A model generated the notes under the pieces. That model saw only the letters and a list, made by a program, of their open reading frames with translations. It made no database searches and had not been told where the DNA came from. Position numbers and translations under genes: made by a program. From IMG/VR virus record IMGVR_UViG_2974789816_000001: 64,000 nt of DNA, one strand, 5' to 3'. Positions 34,807 to 44,136 of the stretch are shown in pieces (the first letter of the stretch is position 1; each line of letters begins with the position of its first letter). The DNA is from a virus. Taxonomy: Duplodnaviria > Heunggongvirae > Uroviricota > Caudoviricetes > Crassvirales.

Positions 34807-37119
34807 TCAATGAACCCAACATGATGCAATCTCAGGCACAGCTTTGATAGTTACCTTCTTGCAAAAGATAGATGCTGCATACTCCATACATTCACTTAAC
34901 TTCTTGGCTTCCTGTTCAGCTATCTCTTCAGGAGGCTCAATTAGATACTCATCATGTACATCATTAGGAATGAGGACTTTGAATATAAGACCATCATTAA
35001 CCAAATGATTAAAGTATCTAATACCTGCTATCTTAGTCATTGCAGCAGCAGTACCTTGAGAAGGATAGTTACATGACTGATTATCAGAAGCACTCTTTCT
35101 CTTCCATAAGTGCTTCATCACTGACACATATACAGTCTCCCTGTTAATGTCAATAAACTTCTCCTCTACCTTACCTGCTTTTTTAACCTTATATGAATAC
35201 CTAACAGCTATTTCTTCAATAGGAACACCTTGGGCAAACTTCTTTGCAATTTCTTGCATGACAGATGGTGGAATCTCAGATATTACTCTGCCACTATCTC
35301 TTGCAGCTTTGTATATATCCCAGAAATCTTCCATACCATTCTTTCTCCTTTCAATACCTTTCAGTATAGGATAGTCATAGATATATGCCCTTAATCCGGT
35401 TATCTTTGAGATTAGGATATAGCCTCTATTCCACATATCTCTCTTCTGTACCTTGAAATAGCTTGCTATACCATTAAATCTCTTGAAATAGTTGTTATAA
35501 ATCTCAGTTGCAAAGTCCACAGGAATATTACAATTAGTTGCCATTGTAGGAGCTTGACCATTATAATTGAAACAGAACCTTGCCTTCTTAGCCAAATCTC
35601 TAAGGTCTTTTCTTACCTTCTTGACATCCTTCTCTGCAACCCCATCAAGGTCTTTAGGGAAACACATCTTGGCTACAAAGGAGTGTCCATCTCTTTGATT
35701 AGGGTCATTGTAGAATGCAATCCATTCCCTATCATTGGATAGTTCAGTGAACACATGTCCTTCTTGGTCCCCATAATCACAGTCTACCAGCAAGTGACCC
35801 TCTTCAGGTACAAATGCTGCTCTTGTTTCTTCTGTAGCTGGAAGCTGCTGAACATTGACACTCTTATCATTTGCTTGTGTAGAAGTGTCCTTGTTTTCAT
35901 CTTCCTCCTCTGCAATATCATCATCTTTAGTCTTACCTCCTTTACCTTTTCCTCCTGAGCCACAACTCAATCTACCAGTATCCATCATTTGATTGAATGT
36001 TGGGTGGATTCTTTGTGTAACAGGATTAATGGCATCAAGGAAGTTTTGACCAAAAGATGTTACTACCTTGAAAGCTGCTGAATATTCCAAGTATAAAGGA
36101 ACAATACTACTCTTACTTGCCTGCAATTCTATAAACTTAGACTCCACAGACTTTTTCATCTTGCCTGTTTTCTTGTCTTTAACCAATAGGTCAAATCCAA
36201 GTTCTTCAAACAATCTGATTACCTGCTTGGAACTATTCCAGTTAATAATACATTGAGGTCCAGTATCAAACTCAGAGAATAATGAAGGTTGTGGTATTAC
36301 CACATACACATTATCTGCAAGTTTGGCTGGCTTACCTTTCTTGTGAGTATCATAGTTTCTTGCAATGAGGGAAGGGTCATCCTTTTTCATTACATAATCT
36401 ACTACCCAATCATTAAGTTTCTGCTCAGCAATCCTTAACCTCTCTGCATCTTTAGCCATCTTAGCCTTCCACTTAACAGGGTCAAGTTTAATGCCGCAAT
36501 ATTCAATATATGCAAGGACTCTTACAAACTCATTCTCAATATCAAGTGCCACTTTTTGACCTCTTGCATTGATAGTAATAAGCTGCAAGTTCATAATATC
36601 CTCAAGATGCACAACATCATTTGCTGCATAAACTATAACCTCTTCTGTCATACCTGCATGTATCTGTCCTCTGACAGTCTTGTCAAGATAGATATGTAAA
36701 TACCTATCACAACAAGCCTGCAAGGACGAAGATACAATGCCAGGTGGAAATCCAAGAAATAGAATCTTCTCAGCTAAATAAGTATCATAGACATTTCTGA
36801 CTACAATATGTTCCTTATACAGCCATCTTAAATCAAACTTTGCATTATGAATGATGAATAGTCTGTCACTTTCAAGATAATCCTTATACTGCTTGACATC
36901 AATAGTCATACAGTCTATTACAACTTGATTTTCCTTATTGCCAAGTTGAAGAGTAAGTAATCTACCCTGCCATATCTCCGTACCTGTAGTTTCAGTATCT
37001 AAACCTACTACTCGAAGAGGCTCTAATATTTTAAGAGACTCTTCTACAGAAATACATTTATACTTAGCATCAGGAAACTCAAATAGTTCTCTCTGACCAG
37101 TAACAAAATATATCATCAT
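34807..37119 (-). CDS. family A DNA polymerase (Pol I-like) with 3'-5' exonuclease domain
   Basis: Exo I GLDTETTG, Exo II IIHNAKFDLRWL and Exo III YAANDV are present. Polymerase motif A is LVDCDYGDQEGHV, motif B is RDLAKKARFCFNYNG, motif C is VHDEY. A Gly/Lys-then-acidic insertion (CGSGGKGKGGKTKDDDIAEEEDENKD) lies at ~35859..35964. Confidence 0.85.
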   Translation of the reverse strand: MMIYFVTGQRELFEFPDAKYKCISVEESLKILEPLRVVGLDTETTGTEIWQGRLLTLQLGNKENQVVIDCMTIDVKQYKDYLESDRLFIIHNAKFDLRWLYKEHIVVRNVYDTYLAEKILFLGFPPGIVSSSLQACCDRYLHIYLDKTVRGQIHAGMTEEVIVYAANDVVHLEDIMNLQLITINARGQKVALDIENEFVRVLAYIEYCGIKLDPVKWKAKMAKDAERLRIAEQKLNDWVVDYVMKKDDPSLIARNYDTHKKGKPAKLADNVYVVIPQPSLFSEFDTGPQCIINWNSSKQVIRLFEELGFDLLVKDKKTGKMKKSVESKFIELQASKSSIVPLYLEYSAAFKVVTSFGQNFLDAINPVTQRIHPTFNQMMDTGRLSCGSGGKGKGGKTKDDDIAEEEDENKDTSTQANDKSVNVQQLPATEETRAAFVPEEGHLLVDCDYGDQEGHVFTELSNDREWIAFYNDPNQRDGHSFVAKMCFPKDLDGVAEKDVKKVRKDLRDLAKKARFCFNYNGQAPTMATNCNIPVDFATEIYNNYFKRFNGIASYFKVQKRDMWNRGYILISKITGLRAYIYDYPILKGIERRKNGMEDFWDIYKAARDSGRVISEIPPSVMQEIAKKFAQGVPIEEIAVRYSYKVKKAGKVEEKFIDINRETVYVSVMKHLWKRKSASDNQSCNYPSQGTAAAMTKIAGIRYFNHLVNDGLIFKVLIPNDVHDEYLIEPPEEIAEQEAKKLSECMEYAASIFCKKVTIKAVPEIASCWVH

Positions 37120-37394
37120 TCAAATGTTATAGTCCATCCATAATCCTCAACAAAGTCTATAGATTTGACAACTGCTTTGGCTTCCTCAAGCTCCTGACCT
37201 TCTATAATTATTGGACCTTCTGATGGATTAATAAACTTATGTATGTGGCATACACCTCCCACTTCACCAACTCTTAATGTAGGCACATCAGTCTTAAGTA
37301 CATAAGTTTTTGATTCAGAACCATCAGGCTTAGGCATCTTCTTGAGATAGTTTACAGCTTTGTATCCAGACCTAAGTTTTATAATATCTTCCAT
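37116..37394 (-). CDS. hypothetical protein
   Basis: 92-aa ORF, coupled start/stop with its neighbours. Confidence 0.35.
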   Translation of the reverse strand: MEDIIKLRSGYKAVNYLKKMPKPDGSESKTYVLKTDVPTLRVGEVGGVCHIHKFINPSEGPIIIEGQELEEAKAVVKSIDFVEDYGWTITFE

Positions 37395-37888
37395 TATTTC
37401 TTAGAATAGGCAATTAACTCTTTAAAATCTAGTACATATTGGTACTTATGAAAGAATTGGCTTCCTAGTATTCCAGAAAGTGTCACTCCACTCTCTTCTT
37501 TTATATTACCAAAGGCATTACTCATATCTAGAACTTGAAAATCCTCTTTATAGTTTTCCCCTTTATAGTCTAATTGTGCTCTTACATAAGACACTGGAAC
37601 CTTATTACCTTCAACACCAAATACTGTACCAACATCTTTCAGTTTTTCACAAGTAAGGCTATCTAATATATTTGAGTCTACTATGGATATTGTAGCCCCA
37701 GTATCTAGTAGAAAATTAAACTTTTTGCCATTATTATAAAATGTGATAACTGGCAAATCTACTAAATCCATTGCCTCTTTGAAAGACATATTTACCCTTT
37801 TACTTTGCTTACAGTAATCTTCTGCACCATTAATAATAACAGCTAAGATGATTACTGCAAGCAATATACCCACTATTTCTAATATCAT
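37394..37888 (-). CDS. membrane-anchored retropepsin-like (clan AA) aspartic protease
   Basis: N-terminal TM helix MILEIVGILLAVIILAVIING. The catalytic motif FNFLLDTGATISIVD (D-T-G-A) is present. The C-terminal GILGSQFFHKYQYVLDF matches the retropepsin-like flap/dimerisation pattern. Confidence 0.6.
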   Translation of the reverse strand: MILEIVGILLAVIILAVIINGAEDYCKQSKRVNMSFKEAMDLVDLPVITFYNNGKKFNFLLDTGATISIVDSNILDSLTCEKLKDVGTVFGVEGNKVPVSYVRAQLDYKGENYKEDFQVLDMSNAFGNIKEESGVTLSGILGSQFFHKYQYVLDFKELIAYSKK

Positions 37889-37909
37889 GCTTCATGCTTT
37901 TTTTCATTA

Positions 37910-38446
37910 TTACTTAATTCCTGTTGAGCCAAATCCTAATCTATTTTCATTGCCCAAATCATCTACTTCCACAAGTTCAATACCTGAACTTAGCAGCCAT
38001 TTAATCTTCTGCCACATAGTAGCTTTCTGACTAAGCTGTATCCTAAATTGACAGATTCTGTCACCTGCTTCAATAGTGGTCTCTCTCATAGGAGAACATA
38101 CATAGTGCCACTGGTCATCATTGCCATTATATATGTTATCCACTACACCTTGACCATTTGGGATGAATAATCCTAACTTCTTAGGACCACTACTCCTTGA
38201 ATCAATAATAGCTTCAAATCCTTGTGGTAGTTGCATTGCAACTCCAAGAGGAATGTAATAGGTGGGAATCTCTACATCCCTATGACCTACTCTCTCTCCT
38301 TCAACAGTTTTTCTCTTAAGAACATTAGCCTGTGGTGCAGGAATAGTGATGTCTATAGCAGACCTTAAATCTACCCAATCACCATTCTCATTGATTACAG
38401 GCATACATCCCTTAGTCAATACTTTTACTTTAATTTTCAATTTCAT
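37910..38446 (-). CDS. dut: dUTPase
   Basis: Motif 1-like NGDWVDLRSA, motif 2 RSSGPKK, motif 3-like GQGVVDNIYNG. Confidence 0.6.
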   Translation of the reverse strand: MKLKIKVKVLTKGCMPVINENGDWVDLRSAIDITIPAPQANVLKRKTVEGERVGHRDVEIPTYYIPLGVAMQLPQGFEAIIDSRSSGPKKLGLFIPNGQGVVDNIYNGNDDQWHYVCSPMRETTIEAGDRICQFRIQLSQKATMWQKIKWLLSSGIELVEVDDLGNENRLGFGSTGIK

Positions 38447-38906
38447 GTTTCCAAAATTTATTTGTTATGTCTACCAGCTCCTTGCCACTTACCTTGTAGA
38501 ATCTCTGATTAGTAGTCCTACTGTTAAGTGGTCCAAACTCTTCCTTATAAGGTCCTAACTTAATAAAGTCAAACCACTGTAACTGTCTTGCTACTATACC
38601 AGCAAGTTCCTGTCTGCCACTATACCAAGCAACTTTAAGATGGGTGTGTGTCTTCACCCAACTTGCCAAAGCTACTAAGTGTATAGCATCACTATCTCCA
38701 CCCATAAAGGACACACAGGACACTCCTTTGTTACCCTCAATAAGCTCACTAAGGGATGATTTATTTAGGGGTTTTCCAATATCCTGTGCCAAGTAAGAGC
38801 TATGACAGTTTTTGCACCCATTTTTACATCCTGTAATATTTATACATAATGTAATTTCGTCAGGCACCTCTGCAAATGTTACTTGAGTACTCAAATATTT
38901 CAACAT
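38430..38906 (-). CDS. nrdG: anaerobic ribonucleotide reductase activating protein NrdG (radical SAM)
   Basis: CxxxCxxC cluster GCKNGCKNCHSSY. Size ~158 aa. Adjacent to nrdD. Confidence 0.65.
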   Translation of the reverse strand: MLKYLSTQVTFAEVPDEITLCINITGCKNGCKNCHSSYLAQDIGKPLNKSSLSELIEGNKGVSCVSFMGGDSDAIHLVALASWVKTHTHLKVAWYSGRQELAGIVARQLQWFDFIKLGPYKEEFGPLNSRTTNQRFYKVSGKELVDITNKFWKHEIEN

Positions 38907-39588
38907 ATCTTTTAACTATATTAAGGTTATCTATAGGTAGGGGATATTTTTCCACTAAGGTATTAAGATATTCCATATCTCTATCCTTCTTATAAGCAAC
39001 TGCCTCTTCCAAAGTTTTGAAATTTCTATTAACCTTAGCAAACTTCCTCCTCAATCTAACACAATATGTATTATGAGGAGTAAGATAAATACCCTTACCT
39101 ATAGTTGAAATAAAAGTGTTAATCTCTGGAGGTAAGAGAATACAAGTATTAGGAGAGTATATTTTGGGAATATTTAGTATAAGAGATTTGCAATCTTTAT
39201 CTATTTCGAGACTATGACTACTATCTCCATTTTCTTCATACCATCTCCTAAAATTTGAATATATCTTGAACTCTTCTGATACTATTATCCCCTTAGCTCC
39301 ATAAGTACTGTAAACAGGACATTTAGGGTCATAACATCTCCTCTCCATATTCTTCCAAACATTATAAATATGCTTATCAGTAATAGACTCATCACAGATA
39401 AATCCATATTCATCTCTCTTATCTGGATTAGAGACATTACCATATTGGGCACTATCTAATCTAAAATATAGCCTTCTGGTGTATCCCTCAAAATGTCCTG
39501 TGTAATAGTACCTATTCCTTACTTTCTTTGTTGATTTACCTTCTATTACCAAGACATCACCACAACTTTGTAAAATTTTATCTTCCAT
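38860..39588 (-). CDS. Free-standing homing-endonuclease-like protein, with an AP2-like DNA-binding C-terminus and a phage 'WxxMxxRC...YGxxGI' N-terminal module.
   Basis: IYNVWKNMERRCYDPKCPVYSTYGAKGIIVSEEFKIYSNFRRW resembles a module recurring in phage HNH/AP2 endonucleases. C-terminal YCVRLRRKFAKVNRNFKTLEEAVAYKKDRD is AP2-like. It sits in the classic nrdD-nrdG homing-endonuclease insertion spot. Confidence 0.4.
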   Translation of the reverse strand: MEDKILQSCGDVLVIEGKSTKKVRNRYYYTGHFEGYTRRLYFRLDSAQYGNVSNPDKRDEYGFICDESITDKHIYNVWKNMERRCYDPKCPVYSTYGAKGIIVSEEFKIYSNFRRWYEENGDSSHSLEIDKDCKSLILNIPKIYSPNTCILLPPEINTFISTIGKGIYLTPHNTYCVRLRRKFAKVNRNFKTLEEAVAYKKDRDMEYLNTLVEKYPLPIDNLNIVKRYVEIFEYSSNICRGA

Positions 39589-39650
39589 ACTAAATTATTT
39601 TGATGCAAAGGTACTAAAAATAATGCAAATAACAAAATCTTAAGGACAAA

Positions 39651-40793
39651 TTATACACCTTTACTATAAACTCTTTTGTTAGCTTCAATCTGCCTATCTT
39701 TACCAAATGATTTAATAGGTCTTAAATACCCTATCACTCTTGTATATTGAGTAATATTCTTACTATGGCACTTTGGGCATTCAGTGATAGGATGCTTAGT
39801 AATGTAGCCACAATCATCACACTTACTATTAGGAATATTAAATGTGAAGTAGTTAGTTCCATTAGCTATAGCAAAATCTATAAGCTTGAGATACTGCTCC
39901 TTGCTCAAGTGGTCTTCCAAGTTGATATGAGCTGCACTTCCCCCATCAGTATATTGGTAAGTCTGTCTCCCATGAAGTATAAACTTATCAAGTACTGAGG
40001 TGTCATCATGTGCATCATAGAAGTATGAATTGTACAGGTTCTCATCATCAGGAACCCAATATCCATCCTCTTTATCCCAATTATAATTCTTTCCTCCTAA
40101 CCCTTCAGCAGGAACTACCTCAGAATTGAATAGGAATGGTCTATTGGCATCATGGATAGAATGTATCTTGTTCTGCTCTTTGATAGTACCAAGAACCAGT
40201 TGCAGGAACTCAATATACTCCTTGTTGTTGCCAACAGTCATACCTAAGAATCTTGCAGCCTCATTCAAGCCATTGATACCTATAGTACTATACAATTTGA
40301 TGATGTGAATATACCCGCCATTTGAAGCAGCAAACATACCCTTATCTTCAAGTTCATATAGCATTGTCTTAAATGCAACATGGTACTTGTAGACTCTTTG
40401 GAGAATATCTACTAAGTAATCTCTAAGAAATGAAGTATTTTCTTTCCATCCTCCATTCCTCTTCAATCCATAAGCCTTGTTGCAATCCTGCACAATCCTA
40501 TTGATATTAAGAGTGATTACATTGCATGAACCTGTCATTACACCAGTAAGACCTGATGTAGGATTGAAAGTATTCTCTGCAAGCTCATTCCTCAATCTAC
40601 AACATGATGCAAGACTATCAGCACTATCTGAAATATAGGTGAAGAAGCTATGGCCTTCTGCATACATTTCAGCAGTAAAGTCCTTATACTCCTTATCTAT
40701 GATGTCATTAGTCTTTGGGTCATACACCATAGCCATAGTTTCCACGGGGAATGTAAGTATCTGCTTGGTTCTTAACTTATTGAAGAACTTCAT
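39651..40793 (-). CDS. nrdD: anaerobic ribonucleoside-triphosphate reductase NrdD, 3' exon (C-terminal ~380 aa)
   Basis: Glycyl-radical motif TRVIGYL near the C-terminus, preceded by a C-x2-C...C-x2-C zinc ribbon (CDDCGY...CPKCH). A conserved SCCRL thiyl-radical region is present. Confidence 0.75.
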   Translation of the reverse strand: MKFFNKLRTKQILTFPVETMAMVYDPKTNDIIDKEYKDFTAEMYAEGHSFFTYISDSADSLASCCRLRNELAENTFNPTSGLTGVMTGSCNVITLNINRIVQDCNKAYGLKRNGGWKENTSFLRDYLVDILQRVYKYHVAFKTMLYELEDKGMFAASNGGYIHIIKLYSTIGINGLNEAARFLGMTVGNNKEYIEFLQLVLGTIKEQNKIHSIHDANRPFLFNSEVVPAEGLGGKNYNWDKEDGYWVPDDENLYNSYFYDAHDDTSVLDKFILHGRQTYQYTDGGSAAHINLEDHLSKEQYLKLIDFAIANGTNYFTFNIPNSKCDDCGYITKHPITECPKCHSKNITQYTRVIGYLRPIKSFGKDRQIEANKRVYSKGV

Positions 40794-41854
40794 AAACAGC
40801 CTTTGCAGGCAATCTATTGCCTCCCACTGGGGCTTGGTTCCATCAGGATAATAGAACTCTCCAAATAGTGAATCAAAATATGTGTGGTCATAATAAGATA
40901 CATTTGTAACATTATGTTCACATAGAGTCGTTAATTCTATGCAGTTCTCTTATGAACTTCTTATAGTTTCCTATAAGTTCAGACTATATCATTACTCAAA
41001 AAATGAGTACCCCCAGCTTCCACTCACTTGAGTGTACTTCCATAAAGGAATAGTCGTTGAACCTTACCAATAAATTGGTCTTGGCTGCTGATTGCCATAT
41101 CTTATGACTTAGGGTTCCAGCAATTCAAGGGGTTTATAGTCCACCTACAACTGACCATGTATTTTATGGTGGCACATAGAACACACTGTTATTAGATTAT
41201 TAGGATTATTCAGCTCTTTGTCTTTAACAGCAATCTCGTACAATTTATCTGCATCATCTACTGGTGATAATGGATAATTTTGTATAATAATTCTATTAAG
41301 AATAGACTTAAATGGAATTAAATGATGCACATGTAGGCTATCTTTACTACCACATATAACACATTGATTGCCATCTCTGCAAAGTATGTCCTTTTTCAGA
41401 GAGTCATCACTACAATATTCTCTAATTCTTTGAGATAGTGTAGAAATTCCACCCTTCCAATTAGGATGATTATCTCCTGTCATCAGACCTACCTTGCTTT
41501 CTGAATTATTCCTAATTTTAATACCTAAGTTCTTCAGAACTCTATCAATAACACAAGGGTCACAATTATATCTAATACCAAGCTCTTTCTTTGAAAGACC
41601 CTCTTTCAAATATAATCTTTCCATGACTTCTTTATTGCTAAAGTCTTTAGGAATTTCTTTGGATTTGAAATTCCATTGTGACTCTGATAGAGTTCTTCTC
41701 TCTATAGTATGCTTTTTTAATCTTAACAAGATTGTTCTATGAGAAGTCCCAAACTGTTTTGCTATTTCAGTTGAGGACTTACCTTGTAAATACAAGTCAA
41801 TAATAGTACTATCATCTAAATCTTTTCTATGTGCAGCCATAATTATAAATTATT
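40794..41854 (-). mobile_element. Putative group I intron interrupting nrdD, carrying an HNH homing-endonuclease ORF. Its boundaries are approximate.
   Basis: The nrdD reading frame is split into an N-terminal ORF (41855..42802) and a C-terminal ORF (39651..40793) by ~1.06 kb containing an HNH ORF plus ~350 nt with no ORF. T-even phage nrdD introns are a precedent. Confidence 0.5.
41145..41840 (-). CDS. HNH homing endonuclease (intron-encoded) with N-terminal HTH
   Basis: CVICGSKDSLHVHHLIPFKS...NLITVCSMCHHKIH (HNH with Cys pairs). GDNHPNWKGG motif. N-terminal GKSSTEIAKQFGTSHRTILLRLKK HTH. Confidence 0.8.
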   Translation of the reverse strand: MAAHRKDLDDSTIIDLYLQGKSSTEIAKQFGTSHRTILLRLKKHTIERRTLSESQWNFKSKEIPKDFSNKEVMERLYLKEGLSKKELGIRYNCDPCVIDRVLKNLGIKIRNNSESKVGLMTGDNHPNWKGGISTLSQRIREYCSDDSLKKDILCRDGNQCVICGSKDSLHVHHLIPFKSILNRIIIQNYPLSPVDDADKLYEIAVKDKELNNPNNLITVCSMCHHKIHGQL

Positions 41855-42802
41855 TTATGCTGCAAGGATATAAAATTTATTTGAAAGTACCAAATTTCTT
41901 AATGGACTTTGATATGACCTATTACCAGCAGGCTGATTTACACCATAGATAAACTGTTTGAATGCTTTATATATGGCATCTCTTACAGTCCTCTGCTTAC
42001 TGCAATGGTCTGTAGTAGTTACTACATCCAACTTTTCATACCAATTAGGACCAAATTCCTGCACAATGTAATAGTTAAGGGCAATAAAGTATTCACCTAT
42101 TGCCACTGCACCTTTACACTGAGAAGATAGCAAGAAGATAAGATTGGTTACTTGACCACTGAATGATTGCAGGTCATTAGGAGGTGTTGGAGTGATACCA
42201 TCAATATTGCCAACTCCTTCCATCATAAGAGGATACAGACTCACAGCCATACAATACTGCTTCAAGACAGGAGTGGCTGCTTCATCATGTGTATAAATAA
42301 CATGAGAGTTCAAATCCTCTTCATACTTCTTAGCTACTTCAGGATACATTTCATTCAGCTTGTCTTTCATCCTTTGCCTCTGAATAACCCTATTAGTAGT
42401 CTTATATACTTCACCCTCAAGGTTGGCAACATTCTTCATAGTTACATTTGCATTAGCATCTGTTTCTGATGAAGTGGCTGCATTTTCATTAGACTGACTA
42501 TACTCATCCATATAATCAATTCTTTCTCTAATGAATCTTGCCTGCTTATGCTGCTCTCTATAAATGATATAACTCCTTGCTACATCAAAGTGTTTGTCAT
42601 TCATAAGAACATCCTCAACCTTATTCTGTATCTCCTCAATACCTATAGTATCTCCTTCCAAAGTACCAAACAAGGCACCTATCATATCATACAGATATTG
42701 AGGCATTTTCTTGTTGCAAGACTTAAAGGCTTTCTCTACAGCACTTATAATCTTATCAACATTAAATTCCTCTATACTGCCATCTCTTTTTATTACTTGC
42801 AT
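41855..42802 (-). CDS. nrdD: NrdD, 5' exon (ATP-cone + N-terminal core). The 3' end of this ORF probably reads into intron sequence.
   Basis: The N-terminus MQVIKRDGSIEEFNVDKIISAVEKAF is a textbook ATP-cone start. Confidence 0.7.
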   Translation of the reverse strand: MQVIKRDGSIEEFNVDKIISAVEKAFKSCNKKMPQYLYDMIGALFGTLEGDTIGIEEIQNKVEDVLMNDKHFDVARSYIIYREQHKQARFIRERIDYMDEYSQSNENAATSSETDANANVTMKNVANLEGEVYKTTNRVIQRQRMKDKLNEMYPEVAKKYEEDLNSHVIYTHDEAATPVLKQYCMAVSLYPLMMEGVGNIDGITPTPPNDLQSFSGQVTNLIFLLSSQCKGAVAIGEYFIALNYYIVQEFGPNWYEKLDVVTTTDHCSKQRTVRDAIYKAFKQFIYGVNQPAGNRSYQSPLRNLVLSNKFYILAA

Positions 42803-42803
42803 A

Positions 42804-43889
42804 TTACAATGTATTTAACCATTCTTTTAAATCATTAGGACCAGTTTCATTAATACCCACAGGAACTCTTGGTCTGGAAGTGAGATAAGAAGAAAGCTCT
42901 TCTCCTATCACAAAAGGACTTCTCATTTCTATTTGGTCATTCTTTCCAAATTTCAATGTACCTGCTACCTGTGTAAATGGACAAGTCCACACCAATGGGA
43001 CAAGGATTCTCCTATTGACTACAATGAAATCATAGTCAAGCAGCTTGAAGTCTTTGAAGTACTCATCCTTATCCATATTTTGCCTTATAATAGCCCAATA
43101 TAGTCTTGCCTGAATTTGATAATTCCAATCTACAAAGGATTTATAGAAATCCCACTCTGTATGGGAACTTGTTTTCAAATCTACTGGCTTTACCCACTTC
43201 TCCTTATGATTGACTATGATTAAGTCAGCCATGTTTCTATACTTTACACCATTGAACTCTCCTTTGAACTTCAACTGATAGAATCTTTCAATGTCTGGTT
43301 CAAATGGATTGTCCTCTGCAAAGTAGAATTGAGTGGATTTGCTCTCTTTCAATGCTCTTACTGCATTGCACACATCTTGGTAGGTCTGTGTGTCAAGTAT
43401 AGTCCTATTACCTGCTACAAATAACAGATTATAGTATTCATATCCCTTTTCCTTAATTACCCTAGCTCTAGTCTCTGGTCTCCAATTCATTTGATAACCC
43501 TGTTTCTCAGTCTCTTTGATAATTCCAGTATCCTGAATACTGCTCAGGTTATCACAGGAATCCTTATATTGACTGAACAGGGACTTTACTATCCTCACAA
43601 TAGAGTCAGGAATTGATGGGTATTCTGCCACCATAAATTCCTTATCAAATTCTGGCTGTCCTCCAGTAATGATGCTGTCCACAGCTCTACCAAATGTCAG
43701 GGATGGGGTATCCAGCTTATCAAACAGCTTATCTAGGTTATTAAACCCCTCCCTCTCATATCTTGCAAGGGTTGAATAGCTTAATGCTGAGTCCCTTCTA
43801 TACTCCTCTTCTGTTATATTAAGAGATATATCAGATAGCTTTTTCTTGATTGTATTCATAGAAAAAAAAATATTATTTCTCTGGGTCAT
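42804..43889 (-). CDS. PD-(D/E)XK-type (RecB/YqaJ-like) exonuclease candidate
   Basis: ...NMADLIIVNHKEKWVKPVDLKTSS gives the D-(x)n-D-x-K pattern. 361 aa. Confidence 0.35.
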   Translation of the reverse strand: MTQRNNIFFSMNTIKKKLSDISLNITEEEYRRDSALSYSTLARYEREGFNNLDKLFDKLDTPSLTFGRAVDSIITGGQPEFDKEFMVAEYPSIPDSIVRIVKSLFSQYKDSCDNLSSIQDTGIIKETEKQGYQMNWRPETRARVIKEKGYEYYNLLFVAGNRTILDTQTYQDVCNAVRALKESKSTQFYFAEDNPFEPDIERFYQLKFKGEFNGVKYRNMADLIIVNHKEKWVKPVDLKTSSHTEWDFYKSFVDWNYQIQARLYWAIIRQNMDKDEYFKDFKLLDYDFIVVNRRILVPLVWTCPFTQVAGTLKFGKNDQIEMRSPFVIGEELSSYLTSRPRVPVGINETGPNDLKEWLNTL

Positions 43890-44136
43890 ATATTCCTAGT
43901 CCCATGCAATATATATCTACCGTAGACTTTAAAGATAAAAGGTTATTAATATCTACTGACATTAAAGGGCTGCTTACATCCCCTATAGTCTTAGCCCTTT
44001 TAACTTTATACACTGCTGAGTTAACTAAATCTTGTAAAAACTCAAAATTTCTTTCTCTTATGAATTTATTTGCCAATTCAATATCTTTTGTGGGAAGTGC
44101 ATATATAAGCCTCTCAATATCAGTCAGTATTCCCAT
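43873..44136 (-). CDS. hypothetical protein
   Basis: 87-aa ORF. Confidence 0.3.
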   Translation of the reverse strand: MGILTDIERLIYALPTKDIELANKFIRERNFEFLQDLVNSAVYKVKRAKTIGDVSSPLMSVDINNLLSLKSTVDIYCMGLGIYDPEK

